Assembly (NCBI GenBank): GCA_041690395.1
Contig: JAWLHJ010000004.1
Coordinates: forward strand, 497,365 to 561,364
DNA from: Longimicrobiales bacterium
Lineage (GTDB): Bacteria > Gemmatimonadota > Gemmatimonadetes > Longimicrobiales > Gaopeijiaceae
Reading direction: 5' to 3'
Length of the DNA: 64,000 bases
Every line of letters starts with the position of its first letter. The stretch's first letter is position 1. A program made the translations under genes and the position numbers. A model generated the notes under the pieces. That model was not told where the DNA came from. It ran no database searches and was given only the letters and a program-made list of their open reading frames with translations. Positions 29,869 through 40,440 of the stretch are shown one piece after another.

Positions 29869-32354
29869 GGGCCGCTCGGCTCCTTGAATCCGGCCACCGT
29901 GACGCCGGCCCCGCCCTCGGTCGGGCCGCCCATGCGGACGGTCCGCACCCGGCGGTCGGTGTCGAGCATCTCGCCCACCCGCTTCCGCAGGGCCCCGGTC
30001 CCCTTACCGTGGATGATCCGGAGCTCGGGGAGATCCTCGAGGATCGCCTCATCCAGAGCCCGGGCGAGCTCGATCTCGAGCTCGTGCACGCGCAGCCCGC
30101 GCAGATCCACCTCGAGCCGGGCGGCGCCCCGGTCGGGGCCGGACCAGCCCCCACCCCGGGCCGAGCCGGAGCCTGCCCCCGCCCCGTCGCTCGGTCGGCC
30201 GCGGCCCGACGAGGTCGAGCCTCCGCTTCGGCGGCCACCCGCTCCGGGTCCTCCGTCGCCCCCCTCGACCGGCTCCAGGTCCTCGAGCGACACCTCCAGC
30301 TTGACCGCGCCGGCCTCGACCACCGCCCGGTCGGCGCGAACCTCGGTCACGCGTCCTTTCGCGCCGGTCGCGCGCAGCCGCACCCGGTCGCCCCGCTCGA
30401 ACTCGATCGGCGAGCGGGGCGTGCGGCGCCCGCCGGCCTCCTCGGCATGCTCCTCCGCGCCCCTGCGAGCCCGTTCCGCCGCGTGCTCCACGCGGCTCCG
30501 CGCCCTGTGCACCGCATCGTCGAAGCCCTCGCCGCTCCCTGCCGCCCGCCTGAGCTCACGCACGGCTTCCTCCACCTCGGTCCGCGCGTCGAGGAGCAGC
30601 TTGCGCGCGTCCTCGCGTGCCTGGGCCGCGTGCGCGGCCTCGGACTCCGACAGGGCCTGCTCGCGTCCCTCGAGCTCCTCGGAGAGCCGTGCGGTGCGCG
30701 CCCGCTCCTCGTCCAACTCGCGCACGAGCCGCTCGGCCTCCGTCTCGCGGGCCTCGAGCCGCTCCAGCACCTCTTCCATGCGGGCCTCGTCGTCGTCCAC
30801 GTACGACTCCGCCCGGTCGAGCACCCCGGCCGGGAAGCCGAGCCCACGGGCGATCGCGAGCCCGTAGCTACGCCCGGGTCGGCCCTTCACAAGCCGGTAC
30901 GTCGGCTCCATCCGCTCCGCGTCGAACTGGAGCGATGCGTTCACCACCCCGCTCCCCTCCCCGTCGAGGCGCTTCAGCGCCCCCAGGTGCGACGACGCGA
31001 GCGTGAGCGCGCCTCGGGCGACGAGCTCCTCCAACATCGCCCGGGCCAGGGCCGCGCCCTCGGCCGGGTCGGTGCCGGTGCCCATTTCGTCGACGAGCAC
31101 CAGGGATCCGCCGTCCGCGCTGTCGACGATCTCGGAGAGATTCGACAGATGGGCCGAGAAGGTGGAGAGGCTCTGGGAGATCGACTGCTCGTCGCCGATG
31201 TCGGCGTAGAACGAGCCGAAGACGGGGAGTCGCGTGCCGGCGCCCACCGGCGGGATCACGCCGCTCTGGGTGAGCGCGGCCGCCAGGCCGGTCGCCTTGA
31301 GGAAGACGCTCTTCCCGCCCGTGTTCGGCCCGGACACCACGACGGCGCGCTCCTCCGGACCGAGCTCGAGGTCGTACGGCACGACCTCGCTCAACCCGTG
31401 CGTCTCGATGAGGAGCGGATGACGCGCGCCCACCAGCCGAAGCCCTTCGGACGGATCGTCGCCCAGCTCGGGCACGTCCGCGCGCCAGTCGGCGGCGGCG
31501 CGGGCCCGCGCGTGGAGCCCGTCGAAATCGGCCAGCGCCGCGAGCGCACCCCGGAGCTCGTCACGCACCGGCGCGAGCCTCGCCGTCAGCGCCGCCAGCA
31601 CCCGCCGAACCTCGCGAACCTCCTCGCGCTCCAGGTCGCGCAGCTCGTTCATGGCTTCGATCGCTTCGGGCGGTTCCACGTAGAGCGTCTGTCCCGTCTG
31701 CGACTCGTCGTGGACGATCCCGCCGACCTCACGTCGGGCCTCGCGCCGCACCGGAATCACGTACCGCCCCTCCCGGAGCGTCACGGATGCGTCGGGAACG
31801 ACGTACCGTTCGTTCAGTCCTCCGAGATACGACTCGAGCCGCTTCACCACGCGCCCGTGCGCCCCGCGCAGACGGTCGCGGATGCGACGGAGCTCCTTGG
31901 ACGCCGAGTCGAGGACGGAGCCCTCCGCGTCGACGGTGCGGTCGATCTCCCGCTCGAGCTCCTCCATGTCCACGAGCGCGTCACGCAACGGTCCGAGAGG
32001 CCCGTCACCCACTTCCGCGGCGTCCGGGCGCGCCAGCTCGCGCCCGAGCGCGCGTGACGAGTGGAGCAGCACGCCGAGCCGATGGAGCTCGAGCGCTTCC
32101 AGCACCGCCCCCTCTACGGCGAGCCGGCGGATCGCGTCGTCGACGTCCGGCACTACGGGCATCCCCCAGTCGGGACGCTCTTCGTGGAACGTCATGACGG
32201 CGCCGACGCGGTCGAGCTCCCGCGCCACGTCGGCGCGTCGGGAGCGCGGGCGCAGCGCGCGTACCCTGCGCTTTCCGGCGGCGCTGGCGGCCCTTTCCGC
32301 GACGTGATCGAGCACCCGCTCGAACTCCAGGACGGCGAGCGCGTGGTCGCTCAT
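29865..32354 (-). CDS. mutS2: MutS2 family protein with C-terminal Smr domain
   Basis: GPNTGGKS, DIGDEQSI, DEMGTGTDP.EG, DLRG, IHGKGTG. Confidence 0.95.
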   Translation of the reverse strand: MSDHALAVLEFERVLDHVAERAASAAGKRRVRALRPRSRRADVARELDRVGAVMTFHEERPDWGMPVVPDVDDAIRRLAVEGAVLEALELHRLGVLLHSSRALGRELARPDAAEVGDGPLGPLRDALVDMEELEREIDRTVDAEGSVLDSASKELRRIRDRLRGAHGRVVKRLESYLGGLNERYVVPDASVTLREGRYVIPVRREARREVGGIVHDESQTGQTLYVEPPEAIEAMNELRDLEREEVREVRRVLAALTARLAPVRDELRGALAALADFDGLHARARAAADWRADVPELGDDPSEGLRLVGARHPLLIETHGLSEVVPYDLELGPEERAVVVSGPNTGGKSVFLKATGLAAALTQSGVIPPVGAGTRLPVFGSFYADIGDEQSISQSLSTFSAHLSNLSEIVDSADGGSLVLVDEMGTGTDPAEGAALARAMLEELVARGALTLASSHLGALKRLDGEGSGVVNASLQFDAERMEPTYRLVKGRPGRSYGLAIARGLGFPAGVLDRAESYVDDDEARMEEVLERLEARETEAERLVRELDEERARTARLSEELEGREQALSESEAAHAAQAREDARKLLLDARTEVEEAVRELRRAAGSGEGFDDAVHRARSRVEHAAERARRGAEEHAEEAGGRRTPRSPIEFERGDRVRLRATGAKGRVTEVRADRAVVEAGAVKLEVSLEDLEPVEGGDGGPGAGGRRSGGSTSSGRGRPSDGAGAGSGSARGGGWSGPDRGAARLEVDLRGLRVHELEIELARALDEAILEDLPELRIIHGKGTGALRKRVGEMLDTDRRVRTVRMGGPTEGGAGVTVAGFKEPSGP

Positions 32355-32375
32355 GGCGTCAGGACGGCCCCGGAA

Positions 32376-32816
32376 TCACGCGCCGAGCTCCTCCCGCACG
32401 ATCCGGTTGGCTTCCTTCCCGTCGAAGCGACCGCGGATCTCCGGCATGAGCTTGCCCATGACGGCCCCCATCTCCTCCGCCCCCGCGGCCACGATCCCGC
32501 GGACGAGCTCCCGCACTTCGTCTTCGGTGAGTTGCGTGGGCAGGTAATTCTGGAGGATGACGGCCTGAGCCTCCTCCTGCTCGGCGAGCTCCTCACGTCC
32601 GGCGCCCCTCATCTGCTCCGCGGCGTCGCCGCGCTGCTTGATCGCCTTGGAGACGACCTGGATCACGCCTTCGTCGTCGAGCTCCTTCCCGCCGTCGATC
32701 TCCTTATTGCGGATCTCCGAGAGGAGCGTCGACAAGACGAGCAGGCGGGCCTTGTCGCGCTGCTTCCTGGCGGTGTTGAGGTCCCGCTGGATTCGTTCCT
32801 TCAGGTCACTGGCCAC
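32376..32816 (-). CDS. GatB/YqeY domain protein
   Basis: AEQEEAQ..IL.NYLP.QL, MGAVMG, GRFDG. Confidence 0.92.
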   Translation of the reverse strand: MASDLKERIQRDLNTARKQRDKARLLVLSTLLSEIRNKEIDGGKELDDEGVIQVVSKAIKQRGDAAEQMRGAGREELAEQEEAQAVILQNYLPTQLTEDEVRELVRGIVAAGAEEMGAVMGKLMPEIRGRFDGKEANRIVREELGA

Positions 32817-32830
32817 GGTTCTTCCGTCTT

Positions 32831-32864
32831 CAGAGGTTCGCGTCGGCAGAGGTTCGCGTCGGCA
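32831..32864. repeat. Perfect 16-bp tandem duplication CAGAGGTTCGCGTCGG x2
   Basis: Units at 32831-32846 and 32847-32862 followed by CA, intergenic. Confidence 0.9.
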
Positions 32865-32898
32865 TTCCGGCTACCCGCGAGTTCCGGGGAAGGTACGA

Positions 32899-33252
32899 TC
32901 AACCGGGAGGCCACGTCAGCCGCCGGCCGCCGAGCACGTGGGCGTGCAGGTGTCCGACCGATTGCCCCCCGTCCTCGCCGGTATTGATGACCGTGCGGTA
33001 GCCGGAGTCGGCGATCCCCTCCGTGCGGGCCACCTCCCCCGCGGCCCGCAGCACGTCCCCCAGAAGATCGCGGTCCTCGGGCCCGGCGTGGCCGAGCGAC
33101 GTCAAATGCTCCCTGGGGATCACCAGGACGTGGGTCGGTGCCTGCGGGTTCACGTCGCGGAACGCGATGGTCCGCTCGTCCTCGCGCACGATGTCGGAGG
33201 CGATTCGGCCCGCGGCGATGCCGCAGAAGATACAGTCTGATTCCGAGCTCAT
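32899..33252 (-). CDS. Histidine triad nucleotide-binding protein (HinT)
   Basis: CIFC, DVNPQAPTH, GQSVGHLHAHVLGG, WPPG. Confidence 0.95.
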   Translation of the reverse strand: MSSESDCIFCGIAAGRIASDIVREDERTIAFRDVNPQAPTHVLVIPREHLTSLGHAGPEDRDLLGDVLRAAGEVARTEGIADSGYRTVINTGEDGGQSVGHLHAHVLGGRRLTWPPG

Positions 33253-33420
33253 GGTTGTGCTCCGTCGTCTTCCGTTCATCGGATCCGGTGTCGGATGTTG
33301 TCCGTCTCGCGAGGGCGACGCAATGCGCCGACCGGCCGTCCCGTCGCGGCATGGAGACGTCCTTCCCCGGTCGCGACCTTCGACGTGCACTCCCTCTTCC
33401 CCCCGGACCCGGAGCCACAC

Positions 33421-33843
33421 ATGAACCCGATCGCCACGTGCACCGAACACTTCATGGCGGGCCACCCCCACCCGGCGCTCCGCATCGGCGAGATCCTCAC
33501 GCCCGTGGCCGAGCGGGTCGACCGTTCGCTGACGGCCGGACGGCTCAGGGCGGCCCTGGCCGAGCACCCGGAGACCTTCCGTCTGCTCGATCCGTGGCAA
33601 GGCCCGTGGCGCGTTCCGGCCGAGTCGGCGCCCTCCACGGAAGCCGACGTCTGGGTCGTTCTCCTTCCTGGCGCGGGCACGCAGGATCGTCCGGCGGGCG
33701 GTCCCGTCACCACGCTGCGTGAGAGCGTGCGGTGGCTCGCCCGCGGGATCGACCCCCGGTCGTCGCTGTCCGTCAGCCGGTGGTACGCGATCGCGCTGGC
33801 CGAGCGTGAGAGCCGGCGGGCGATCGCCGAGCGGAGCGCCTGA
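33421..33843 (+). CDS. Hypothetical protein (140 aa)
   Basis: GGAG RBS before the ATG; fills the gap between HIT and prmA; protein-like composition. Confidence 0.65.
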   Translation: MNPIATCTEHFMAGHPHPALRIGEILTPVAERVDRSLTAGRLRAALAEHPETFRLLDPWQGPWRVPAESAPSTEADVWVVLLPGAGTQDRPAGGPVTTLRESVRWLARGIDPRSSLSVSRWYAIALAERESRRAIAERSA

Positions 33844-33849
33844 CGTTCC

Positions 33850-34725
33850 TCACGACCGGCGGAAGAGGGCGGACCGCCACTCGCCGTCGGCGTCGACGGC
33901 CAGGAAGACGAACCCGTGCTCCGTGGCCGCCGCTTTCATCGCGGGCCATTCCTCCTCGAGGATGCCCGAGAGGATGAGCCAGCCTCCGCTCCCCACCGCC
34001 GCCGCGAATCCCGGGAGCAGTGGGTGGAGGATACCGGACTCGATGTTGGCCACCAGCCCGTCCACTGGGTCCTGCGCCCGTAACCAGCCGACGTCCGCCG
34101 CCCGGATCTCCCAGCTCACCCGGTCCGCGACGCCGTTCCGCTCGACATTCTCCTCGATGGCTTCGGTCGCGAGGGAATCCGATTCGACGGCATGGACACG
34201 ACCGGCCCCGAGCAGCGCGGCCCCGATGGACAGGATCCCCGAGCCCGCACCCACGTCGAGCACGCGGTGGCCGGGCTCCACCGCACCATCCAGGAGCCGG
34301 AGGCAGCCACGCGTGGTCCCGTGCTCCGCGTTCCCGAAGGCCATACCCGGGTCCAGCGTGATGACGAGGTCGCCGTCCCGGGCGTCGGGCACCTCCGTCC
34401 AGGAGGGCTTCACCACGATCCGCTCGGTGAGTCGCCGCGGCTCGAGGCCGCGCCGCCACGTCTCGGCCCAGTCCTCGTGCTCGCGCCAGGACACGTCGAT
34501 CTCGACGTCGTCGAGGCCCGACAGCTCCGTGAGAGTTCGCCTCGCCGAGGCCTCCAGCGCGGAGAGATCGTCGGGCTCCGGGAGGTGCGTCACGTACCAT
34601 CCGTCGCGCTCCTCGACCGCTCGGCCGCCGAGCGCTACGAGCCCTTCGGCGAGCAACTCGCCCGCGTCACCGCCGCCGGGGCTCCGGGCCCGCAGCTCGA
34701 CCCAGCGGCCGTCCGTGACGCTCAT
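33850..34725 (-). CDS. prmA: Ribosomal protein L11 methyltransferase
   Basis: [32 protein letters not shown]. Confidence 0.94.
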   Translation of the reverse strand: MSVTDGRWVELRARSPGGGDAGELLAEGLVALGGRAVEERDGWYVTHLPEPDDLSALEASARRTLTELSGLDDVEIDVSWREHEDWAETWRRGLEPRRLTERIVVKPSWTEVPDARDGDLVITLDPGMAFGNAEHGTTRGCLRLLDGAVEPGHRVLDVGAGSGILSIGAALLGAGRVHAVESDSLATEAIEENVERNGVADRVSWEIRAADVGWLRAQDPVDGLVANIESGILHPLLPGFAAAVGSGGWLILSGILEEEWPAMKAAATEHGFVFLAVDADGEWRSALFRRS

Positions 34726-35891
34726 CCGCCGGTGAACGCTTCCTTCACGCGCGACCAGAAGCCCTTGCGCGATCCACGCCGGACCTCGTCGGGAGCCGGC
34801 GCCTCGATCTCACGCAGCCGCTCGAACGCCTCCCGCTGCTCCGCGGTGAGGTCGTCCGGGGTCCAGACGACCACGCGCAGGAGCTGGTCGCCGCGAGACG
34901 CACCGTTCAGGTCGGGGAGTCCGAGTCCCTTGAGGCGCAGCACCTCTCCACTCTGGATACCGGGCGGGATCTTCACCCGCGCCACGCCGTCGATGGTGGG
35001 CACGTCGACCTCGTCGCCGAGCGCGGCCTGAGCGAAGGTGATGGGTAGCTCGTGGACCAGGTGCGAGCCCTCCCGCTGGAAGCGGGGATCGTCCTCGACC
35101 TCGAGCAGCACGATCAGGTCGCCCCGCACGCCGCCCCTCGGCCCGACGCTCCCTCGCCCCCGCAACGTCAGGAAGTTCTCGGAGGTCACGCCCGCGGGCA
35201 CTTCCACTTCGACCTCCTGCTCGCTCCGGACGCGTCCCTCTCCGCGGCACTTGGAGCAGCGGTTCTCGATCACGCGCCCCTCACCGGCACAGGTCCGGCA
35301 AGGCTGTACGCTGACGAACTGACCGAAGACCGAACGCTGGACGTGTCGCTCCTCACCGGCTCCACCGCAGGTGGGACACATGGTGGGAGCGCTGCCCGGC
35401 TCGGCCCCGGAGCCGTCGCAGTGCTCGCACGGATCGAGCAGGGAGACACGAAGGGTCTTGGTGACGCCGGTCGCGACCTCGGCCAGCGTCAGCGCCAGGC
35501 GGATGCGGACGGTCTGCCCCTTCCGCGACCCGGAGCGCTGCTGGCGCCCCCCACGCATGCCGAACATCTCCTCGAAGCCCGCGAAGCCACCCCCACCGCC
35601 GCCGAAGTCGCGCATGAAGATCTCGATCGCGTCGGCGAAGTCGAAGCCGGCCGGCCCTCCGCCGCCGGCGCCCTTCAACCCCTGCTCGCCGTAGCGGTCG
35701 TAGACGGAGCGCTTGTCCGGATCACGCAGCACCTCGTAGGCCTGCGTGATCTCCTTGAACTTCTCTTCCGACTCCTTGGAGCCGTTGTTCTTATCCGGGT
35801 GGTATTTCACCGCGAGCTTGCGGTACGCCTTCTTGATCTCTTCGGCATCCGCGGAGCGGTCCACGCCGAGAAGCTGGTAATAATCGGCCAT
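34722..35891 (-). CDS. dnaJ: Chaperone DnaJ
   Basis: J domain with HPD, G/F region, four CxxCxGxG-type repeats. Confidence 0.98.
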   Translation of the reverse strand: MADYYQLLGVDRSADAEEIKKAYRKLAVKYHPDKNNGSKESEEKFKEITQAYEVLRDPDKRSVYDRYGEQGLKGAGGGGPAGFDFADAIEIFMRDFGGGGGGFAGFEEMFGMRGGRQQRSGSRKGQTVRIRLALTLAEVATGVTKTLRVSLLDPCEHCDGSGAEPGSAPTMCPTCGGAGEERHVQRSVFGQFVSVQPCRTCAGEGRVIENRCSKCRGEGRVRSEQEVEVEVPAGVTSENFLTLRGRGSVGPRGGVRGDLIVLLEVEDDPRFQREGSHLVHELPITFAQAALGDEVDVPTIDGVARVKIPPGIQSGEVLRLKGLGLPDLNGASRGDQLLRVVVWTPDDLTAEQREAFERLREIEAPAPDEVRRGSRKGFWSRVKEAFTGG

Positions 35892-35946
35892 CGATCTTCC
35901 GGAGATTCCGGCTCCCGGGGACGGACGCCCCGAGGCCGGAAGGGAA

Positions 35947-37017
35947 TCAGGTTCCGAGCACCCGCGAGACGAGCGTCGAAGTATAGTCCACGATCGTCAC
36001 GACTTTCTCGTACGGCATGCGCGTCGGGCCGATCACGCCGATCACGCCCTTGAGATCGCCCACGCGGTACTCCGCCGTGACGAGAGTGAAATCGGTCAGG
36101 ATGCTGGAGTCGTTCTCACCCCCGATGGTGATACGGAGGCGACCGCCATGCTCCCTCAGCCCCACCGCCTCGGCCAGCAGGTCCCGCTGCTCGGTGAGCT
36201 CGATGAGCCCCTTCATGCGCTCGCTCGTCTCGAACTCGGGCTGCGACGCGAGAACGCTCGTGTGCCCGAGGTGGAGCTGGGTGGAGTCCAACGACCGGAG
36301 GTCGAAGAGCTCGGCGCCCGACTGGACGAAGATGTTGATCAACTCCTCCCCCGGCTCGCCTCGCGCGACGTCCTTCAGCCGGTCGTGCAGCGTCAGCCGG
36401 ATGTCCTGGAAGGTCGACCCCGCCAGCCGCTCGTTCAGCGCGACCGTGATCTGCACCAACATCTCCTGCGGGACCTCGATGGGGAGGTCCACGTAGACGG
36501 TGCGCACCACACCGCCGCGGATGGTCGCGACGAGAAGGACCTTGTTCGAGGATACCTGGATGAGCTCCAGCTTCTCGAGAACCGCGTCCTCGAGCCGGGG
36601 CGCCATCGCGACGCCGAGCTCGTTCGAGATGAGGCTGAGCGCCCGGGTGGCGTGCATGACGAGCCGTTCGATGGCCGAGGAGCCCGCGAGCCCGACCTCG
36701 CGCTCGAGACTCTCGCGCTCGGCGGGAGACAGCGCGTGCGGCTCCATGAGCCGGTCGACGAAGAAGCGGTAGGCCAGATCGGTCGGCACCCGCCCCGCCG
36801 AGGTGTGCGGGTGGAAGAGATACCCCTTCTCCTCCAGGTCGCTCATGGTGTTCCGCACGGTCGCCGCGGACACACCGAGGTCGAACGCACGGGAGACCGT
36901 GCGGCTGCCGGCCGGCTCCGCACTCGCGACGTACGTGCGCACGACGGCGTCGAGAACCTGTCGTTCCCTGTCGGTCAGGTCGGTCCCGACCATCTCGTTG
37001 CGCGCTTTGGTGTCCAT
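35947..37017 (-). CDS. hrcA: Heat-inducible transcription repressor HrcA
   Basis: [28 protein letters not shown]. Confidence 0.96.
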   Translation of the reverse strand: MDTKARNEMVGTDLTDRERQVLDAVVRTYVASAEPAGSRTVSRAFDLGVSAATVRNTMSDLEEKGYLFHPHTSAGRVPTDLAYRFFVDRLMEPHALSPAERESLEREVGLAGSSAIERLVMHATRALSLISNELGVAMAPRLEDAVLEKLELIQVSSNKVLLVATIRGGVVRTVYVDLPIEVPQEMLVQITVALNERLAGSTFQDIRLTLHDRLKDVARGEPGEELINIFVQSGAELFDLRSLDSTQLHLGHTSVLASQPEFETSERMKGLIELTEQRDLLAEAVGLREHGGRLRITIGGENDSSILTDFTLVTAEYRVGDLKGVIGVIGPTRMPYEKVVTIVDYTSTLVSRVLGT

Positions 37018-37112
37018 GGGATCTCGGAAGATCGAAACGGGGCGGCGGACGGGTCAACCCACCGACGGGTCGCGGAGACCCGGGCGCACGCCGACGTACG
37101 GCGGCCCCGTTC

Positions 37113-38261
37113 TCAGCGGCCGGCGAGGTCCACGGCCAGACGGTCGAGCAGGAGCCAACCGTTCGGCGTGAGACGTACCCGTCCATCCTGGAGGATCGCG
37201 AGGCCCTGTTGTACCCACGAATCGACGATACGAGCCCGTCGCCCTCCGGGCTCGGGCGCCTCGAGGCCCGAACGAGTGCGCAGGCCGAGCCAGACGCGCT
37301 CGAGATCGACCGCCTCGTCGTCCAGCGTTTCCCGCGCTTCTTCCGGGCTCCCACCGGATACGACCCGCGTACGGTACGCGTCCCAGTCCCTCACGTTCCA
37401 ACGGCGGACGGGCGGCGCATAGGCGTGGGCGCCGTTCCCCAGCCCGAGATACGGCCCGCCGTTCCAGTACACCGCGTTGTGGCGGGCCTCGTGGCCGGGC
37501 AGGGCGAAGTTGGAGACCTCGTAGTGCACGTACCCCTGCGCGGTGAGCGTCTCCGCGGCCAGGAGGAACTCGTCGGCGTACCGCTCCTCGTCCACCGGCT
37601 TCTCCCGGCCCTCCGCGACCGCCCGCCCCAGCGCGGTACCGGGCTCGACGGTGAGGCCGTACAGGCTCACGTGCGGGACGTCGAGCTCGAGCGCGCGCTC
37701 GAGATCTCCGGCCCACGAGCGTCCGAGGTGCGCCGGCAACCCGAAGATCAGGTCGACGCTCAGCTCCTCGATGCCCGCCGCGCGCGCCGTGGCCACCGCG
37801 GCCGGGCCACCCTCCACGCCATGCATGCGGCCCATCCATCGGAGCGTCGGCTCGTGGAACGTCTGGACCCCCAGGCTGATCCGGTTCACCCCCGCGGCCC
37901 GCCATCCCTCCGCCACCCGCGCGTCGAAGCTCTCGGGGTTGGCCTCGGCCGTCCACTCCAGATCGCGCCGTCCGAGGCGCTCCTCGCCGATCAGCTCGGC
38001 CAGACCCACCATCGCGTCCGGCCCGAGCAGGGACGGCGTTCCGCCACCGACATAGAGGGTGTCCAGCTCCGGCGCGAGCCGGAAGAGTCCCTCGCTCCGG
38101 ACGATGTCGAGCTCGGCTCGCAACGCCTCCCACCAGGGCTCCGGGCCGCCCTCGGCTCGCACTTTCACCGCGAAGTCGCAGTAGACGCACCGACGCGCGC
38201 AGAAGGGCGCGTGCACGTAGACCGAGGCGACCTCGGTCGCGTCCGCCGCGCCCGCCTTCAT
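37113..38261 (-). CDS. hemW: Radical SAM heme chaperone HemW
   Basis: YVHAPFCARRCVYCDF, GGGTPS, YEVSNF, HNAVYW. Confidence 0.92.
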   Translation of the reverse strand: MKAGAADATEVASVYVHAPFCARRCVYCDFAVKVRAEGGPEPWWEALRAELDIVRSEGLFRLAPELDTLYVGGGTPSLLGPDAMVGLAELIGEERLGRRDLEWTAEANPESFDARVAEGWRAAGVNRISLGVQTFHEPTLRWMGRMHGVEGGPAAVATARAAGIEELSVDLIFGLPAHLGRSWAGDLERALELDVPHVSLYGLTVEPGTALGRAVAEGREKPVDEERYADEFLLAAETLTAQGYVHYEVSNFALPGHEARHNAVYWNGGPYLGLGNGAHAYAPPVRRWNVRDWDAYRTRVVSGGSPEEARETLDDEAVDLERVWLGLRTRSGLEAPEPGGRRARIVDSWVQQGLAILQDGRVRLTPNGWLLLDRLAVDLAGR

Positions 38262-39415
38262 GCCGCTCGGAAGTGGAAGCCGGGCATCTGCTCGACCGCT
38301 CCGTCGAGCTCGAGACGCACGAGCAACGCCAGCGCCACCGGCACATCGAGTCCGGCTGCGGCCGCGAGGTCGTCGACGTGGAGCGGTCCGGCGTCCAGCG
38401 ACGACAGGAGCCGGCGCTCCGGCTCCGCCAGCCGCGATCGCGTCTCCTCGCTCTGCTCCCCGCCACCGGTCCCGTCCGTCGCGGGGGCATCAGCCGGCGC
38501 GCCCGCGCCCGCGGCCGGCCCACCCACCTCGTCGACAAATCGCTCGATAGAGACCAGCGGAAGGGCGCCATCGGCCAGGAGCCGGTTGCTCCCGTCGCAC
38601 GCCCGGGTGTCGATCGGGCCCGGCACGGCCCAGACGTCGCGGCCGAGGTCGAGCGCGTGCTCGACGGTGATCAGCGCACCGCTGCGCGGCCCGGCCTCGA
38701 CCACCACGACCGACTCCGACAGCGCGGCCATGATCCGGTTCCGACGGGGGAAGTGGTGGGGCAGCGGTGGAGTCCCCGGCAGGAACTCACTCACGACGAG
38801 CCCATGACGGAGGATCTCCTCGAACAGCCGCCGGTGTGACGACGGATACGCCGCGTCCGCCCCGCGGCCGACCACCGCCACGGTGGCGCCGCCGACTTCG
38901 AGGGCACCCCGGTGCGCGGCCCCGTCCACGCCGAGCGCCATCCCGCTCACCACAGGGACACCCGCGCGGCCGAGGGCGCGCCCGAGCCTGCGGGCGAGAT
39001 CCTTGCCGCGGGCGGTGCCCCGCCGCGATCCCACGACCGACACGCCACCCTCACCGAGCAGCTCGGTCCGTCCCCGCAGGAAGAGCACGGGGGGTGGATC
39101 GTCCAGACGGAACAGAGACTGCGGGTAGGCAGTTTCGCTCCAGGTGAGGACGCGCATGCCGAGGCGGCCGGCGAGCGCCAGAGCGTCGTCCACGACACGC
39201 CCGACCTCTCGGTCGCCGCGCGCGGTAGCCGCCGCGGGCCCCGCGACTTCCCTGAAGTGCCGGGTCGGGGCGGACAACGCGCCCTCCGCCGTGCCGAACG
39301 ACTCGATCAGCGCACGGATCCGTCGTGGACCCACACCCGGGAGTTGGTCGAGATGAAGGAGCGCGTGCGCCTCCCGGGGAGAAGCGCTCGCCGGACGCCT
39401 CACGGACTCCACCAC
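38258..39415 (-). CDS. dprA: DNA-processing protein DprA
   Basis: [31 protein letters not shown]-terminal winged helix. Confidence 0.94.
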   Translation of the reverse strand: MVESVRRPASASPREAHALLHLDQLPGVGPRRIRALIESFGTAEGALSAPTRHFREVAGPAAATARGDREVGRVVDDALALAGRLGMRVLTWSETAYPQSLFRLDDPPPVLFLRGRTELLGEGGVSVVGSRRGTARGKDLARRLGRALGRAGVPVVSGMALGVDGAAHRGALEVGGATVAVVGRGADAAYPSSHRRLFEEILRHGLVVSEFLPGTPPLPHHFPRRNRIMAALSESVVVVEAGPRSGALITVEHALDLGRDVWAVPGPIDTRACDGSNRLLADGALPLVSIERFVDEVGGPAAGAGAPADAPATDGTGGGEQSEETRSRLAEPERRLLSSLDAGPLHVDDLAAAAGLDVPVALALLVRLELDGAVEQMPGFHFRAA

Positions 39416-40437
39416 TCCTCGTCGTCGTCCGCGACCTCGCTACGCGCCTCCGCCTCCACCCGCTCACGACTCGCCGCCCAGAGTTTTTCCATGAGCTCCG
39501 GAACACCGCGGTTCGTGATGGACGAGATCCCGTAGACCCCGAGGGCCTCCTTCACGTCGATCTCCGGGAGCGGATCGTCTGGGCCGAGCAGGTCGATCTT
39601 CGTGAGCGCCACGAGGAAGGGGGTGCGCGTCAGCTCCTCGGAGTATGCGGCGAGCTCCCGTCGGAGCAGGTCGTATTCGGCCTGAGGATCCTCCGCGTCG
39701 ACCGGAATCATGAGCAGGAGGATCCGCGTCCGCTCGATGTGCCGCAGGAACTGATGCCCGAGCCCCTTCCCCTCGTGCGCCCCACCGATGATCCCGGGGA
39801 TGTCGGCGATGACGAACGTGCGGTACCCGGACAGCTCGACGACGCCGAGGTTCGGCTCGAGCGTCGTGAACGGATAGGCCGCCACCTTGGGTCGGGCAGC
39901 CGTCGCGGTGGCGAGCAGCGTGGACTTCCCCGCATTGGGCTCCCCGACGAGACCGACGTCGGCGATGAGCTTGAGCTCGAGCCGAACACGCCGCTCCTCT
40001 CCTTCCTCACCCGGCTCCCACTTGGTCGGCGCCTGGCGGGTGGATGACTTGAAACGGATGTTCCCACGGCCTCCGCGCCCGCCCCGGGCCACGACGACGC
40101 GCTGGCCTTCCTCGAGCAGCTCGCCCAGGAGCTCGTCGGTGTCCTCGTCGTATGCGATGGTGCCCGGAGGAACCTTCAGCACCATGTCCTCCCCGGACCG
40201 GCCCGTCTTCTGGTTGCCCTCGCCGTGCATCCCGCGCTCGGCCTTGTAGTGCCGCCGGTAGCTGTAGTCGAGGAGCGTCGCCAGCTGGCTGTCGGCCTCC
40301 AGGATGACGCTGCCGCCGTCCCCGCCGTCACCCCCGGCCGGGCCGCCTCGCGGGACACCCCGCTCCCGCCGGAACGCCTCGGAACCGGAGCCTCCGGTCC
40401 CCCCGATGACCTCGATGACCGCGCGATCGACGAACAT
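39400..40437 (-). CDS. obgE: GTPase ObgE/CgtA
   Basis: Gly-rich Obg domain, [22 protein letters not shown]. Confidence 0.97.
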   Translation of the reverse strand: MFVDRAVIEVIGGTGGSGSEAFRRERGVPRGGPAGGDGGDGGSVILEADSQLATLLDYSYRRHYKAERGMHGEGNQKTGRSGEDMVLKVPPGTIAYDEDTDELLGELLEEGQRVVVARGGRGGRGNIRFKSSTRQAPTKWEPGEEGEERRVRLELKLIADVGLVGEPNAGKSTLLATATAARPKVAAYPFTTLEPNLGVVELSGYRTFVIADIPGIIGGAHEGKGLGHQFLRHIERTRILLLMIPVDAEDPQAEYDLLRRELAAYSEELTRTPFLVALTKIDLLGPDDPLPEIDVKEALGVYGISSITNRGVPELMEKLWAASRERVEAEARSEVADDDEEWWSP

Positions 40438-40440
40438 GGC

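Noticed and set aside
38258..39415. dprA (with comB) as a competence or defence island
   Set aside because: dprA is a widespread core gene, the ComB phosphatase is unrelated to competence, and no uptake genes are present
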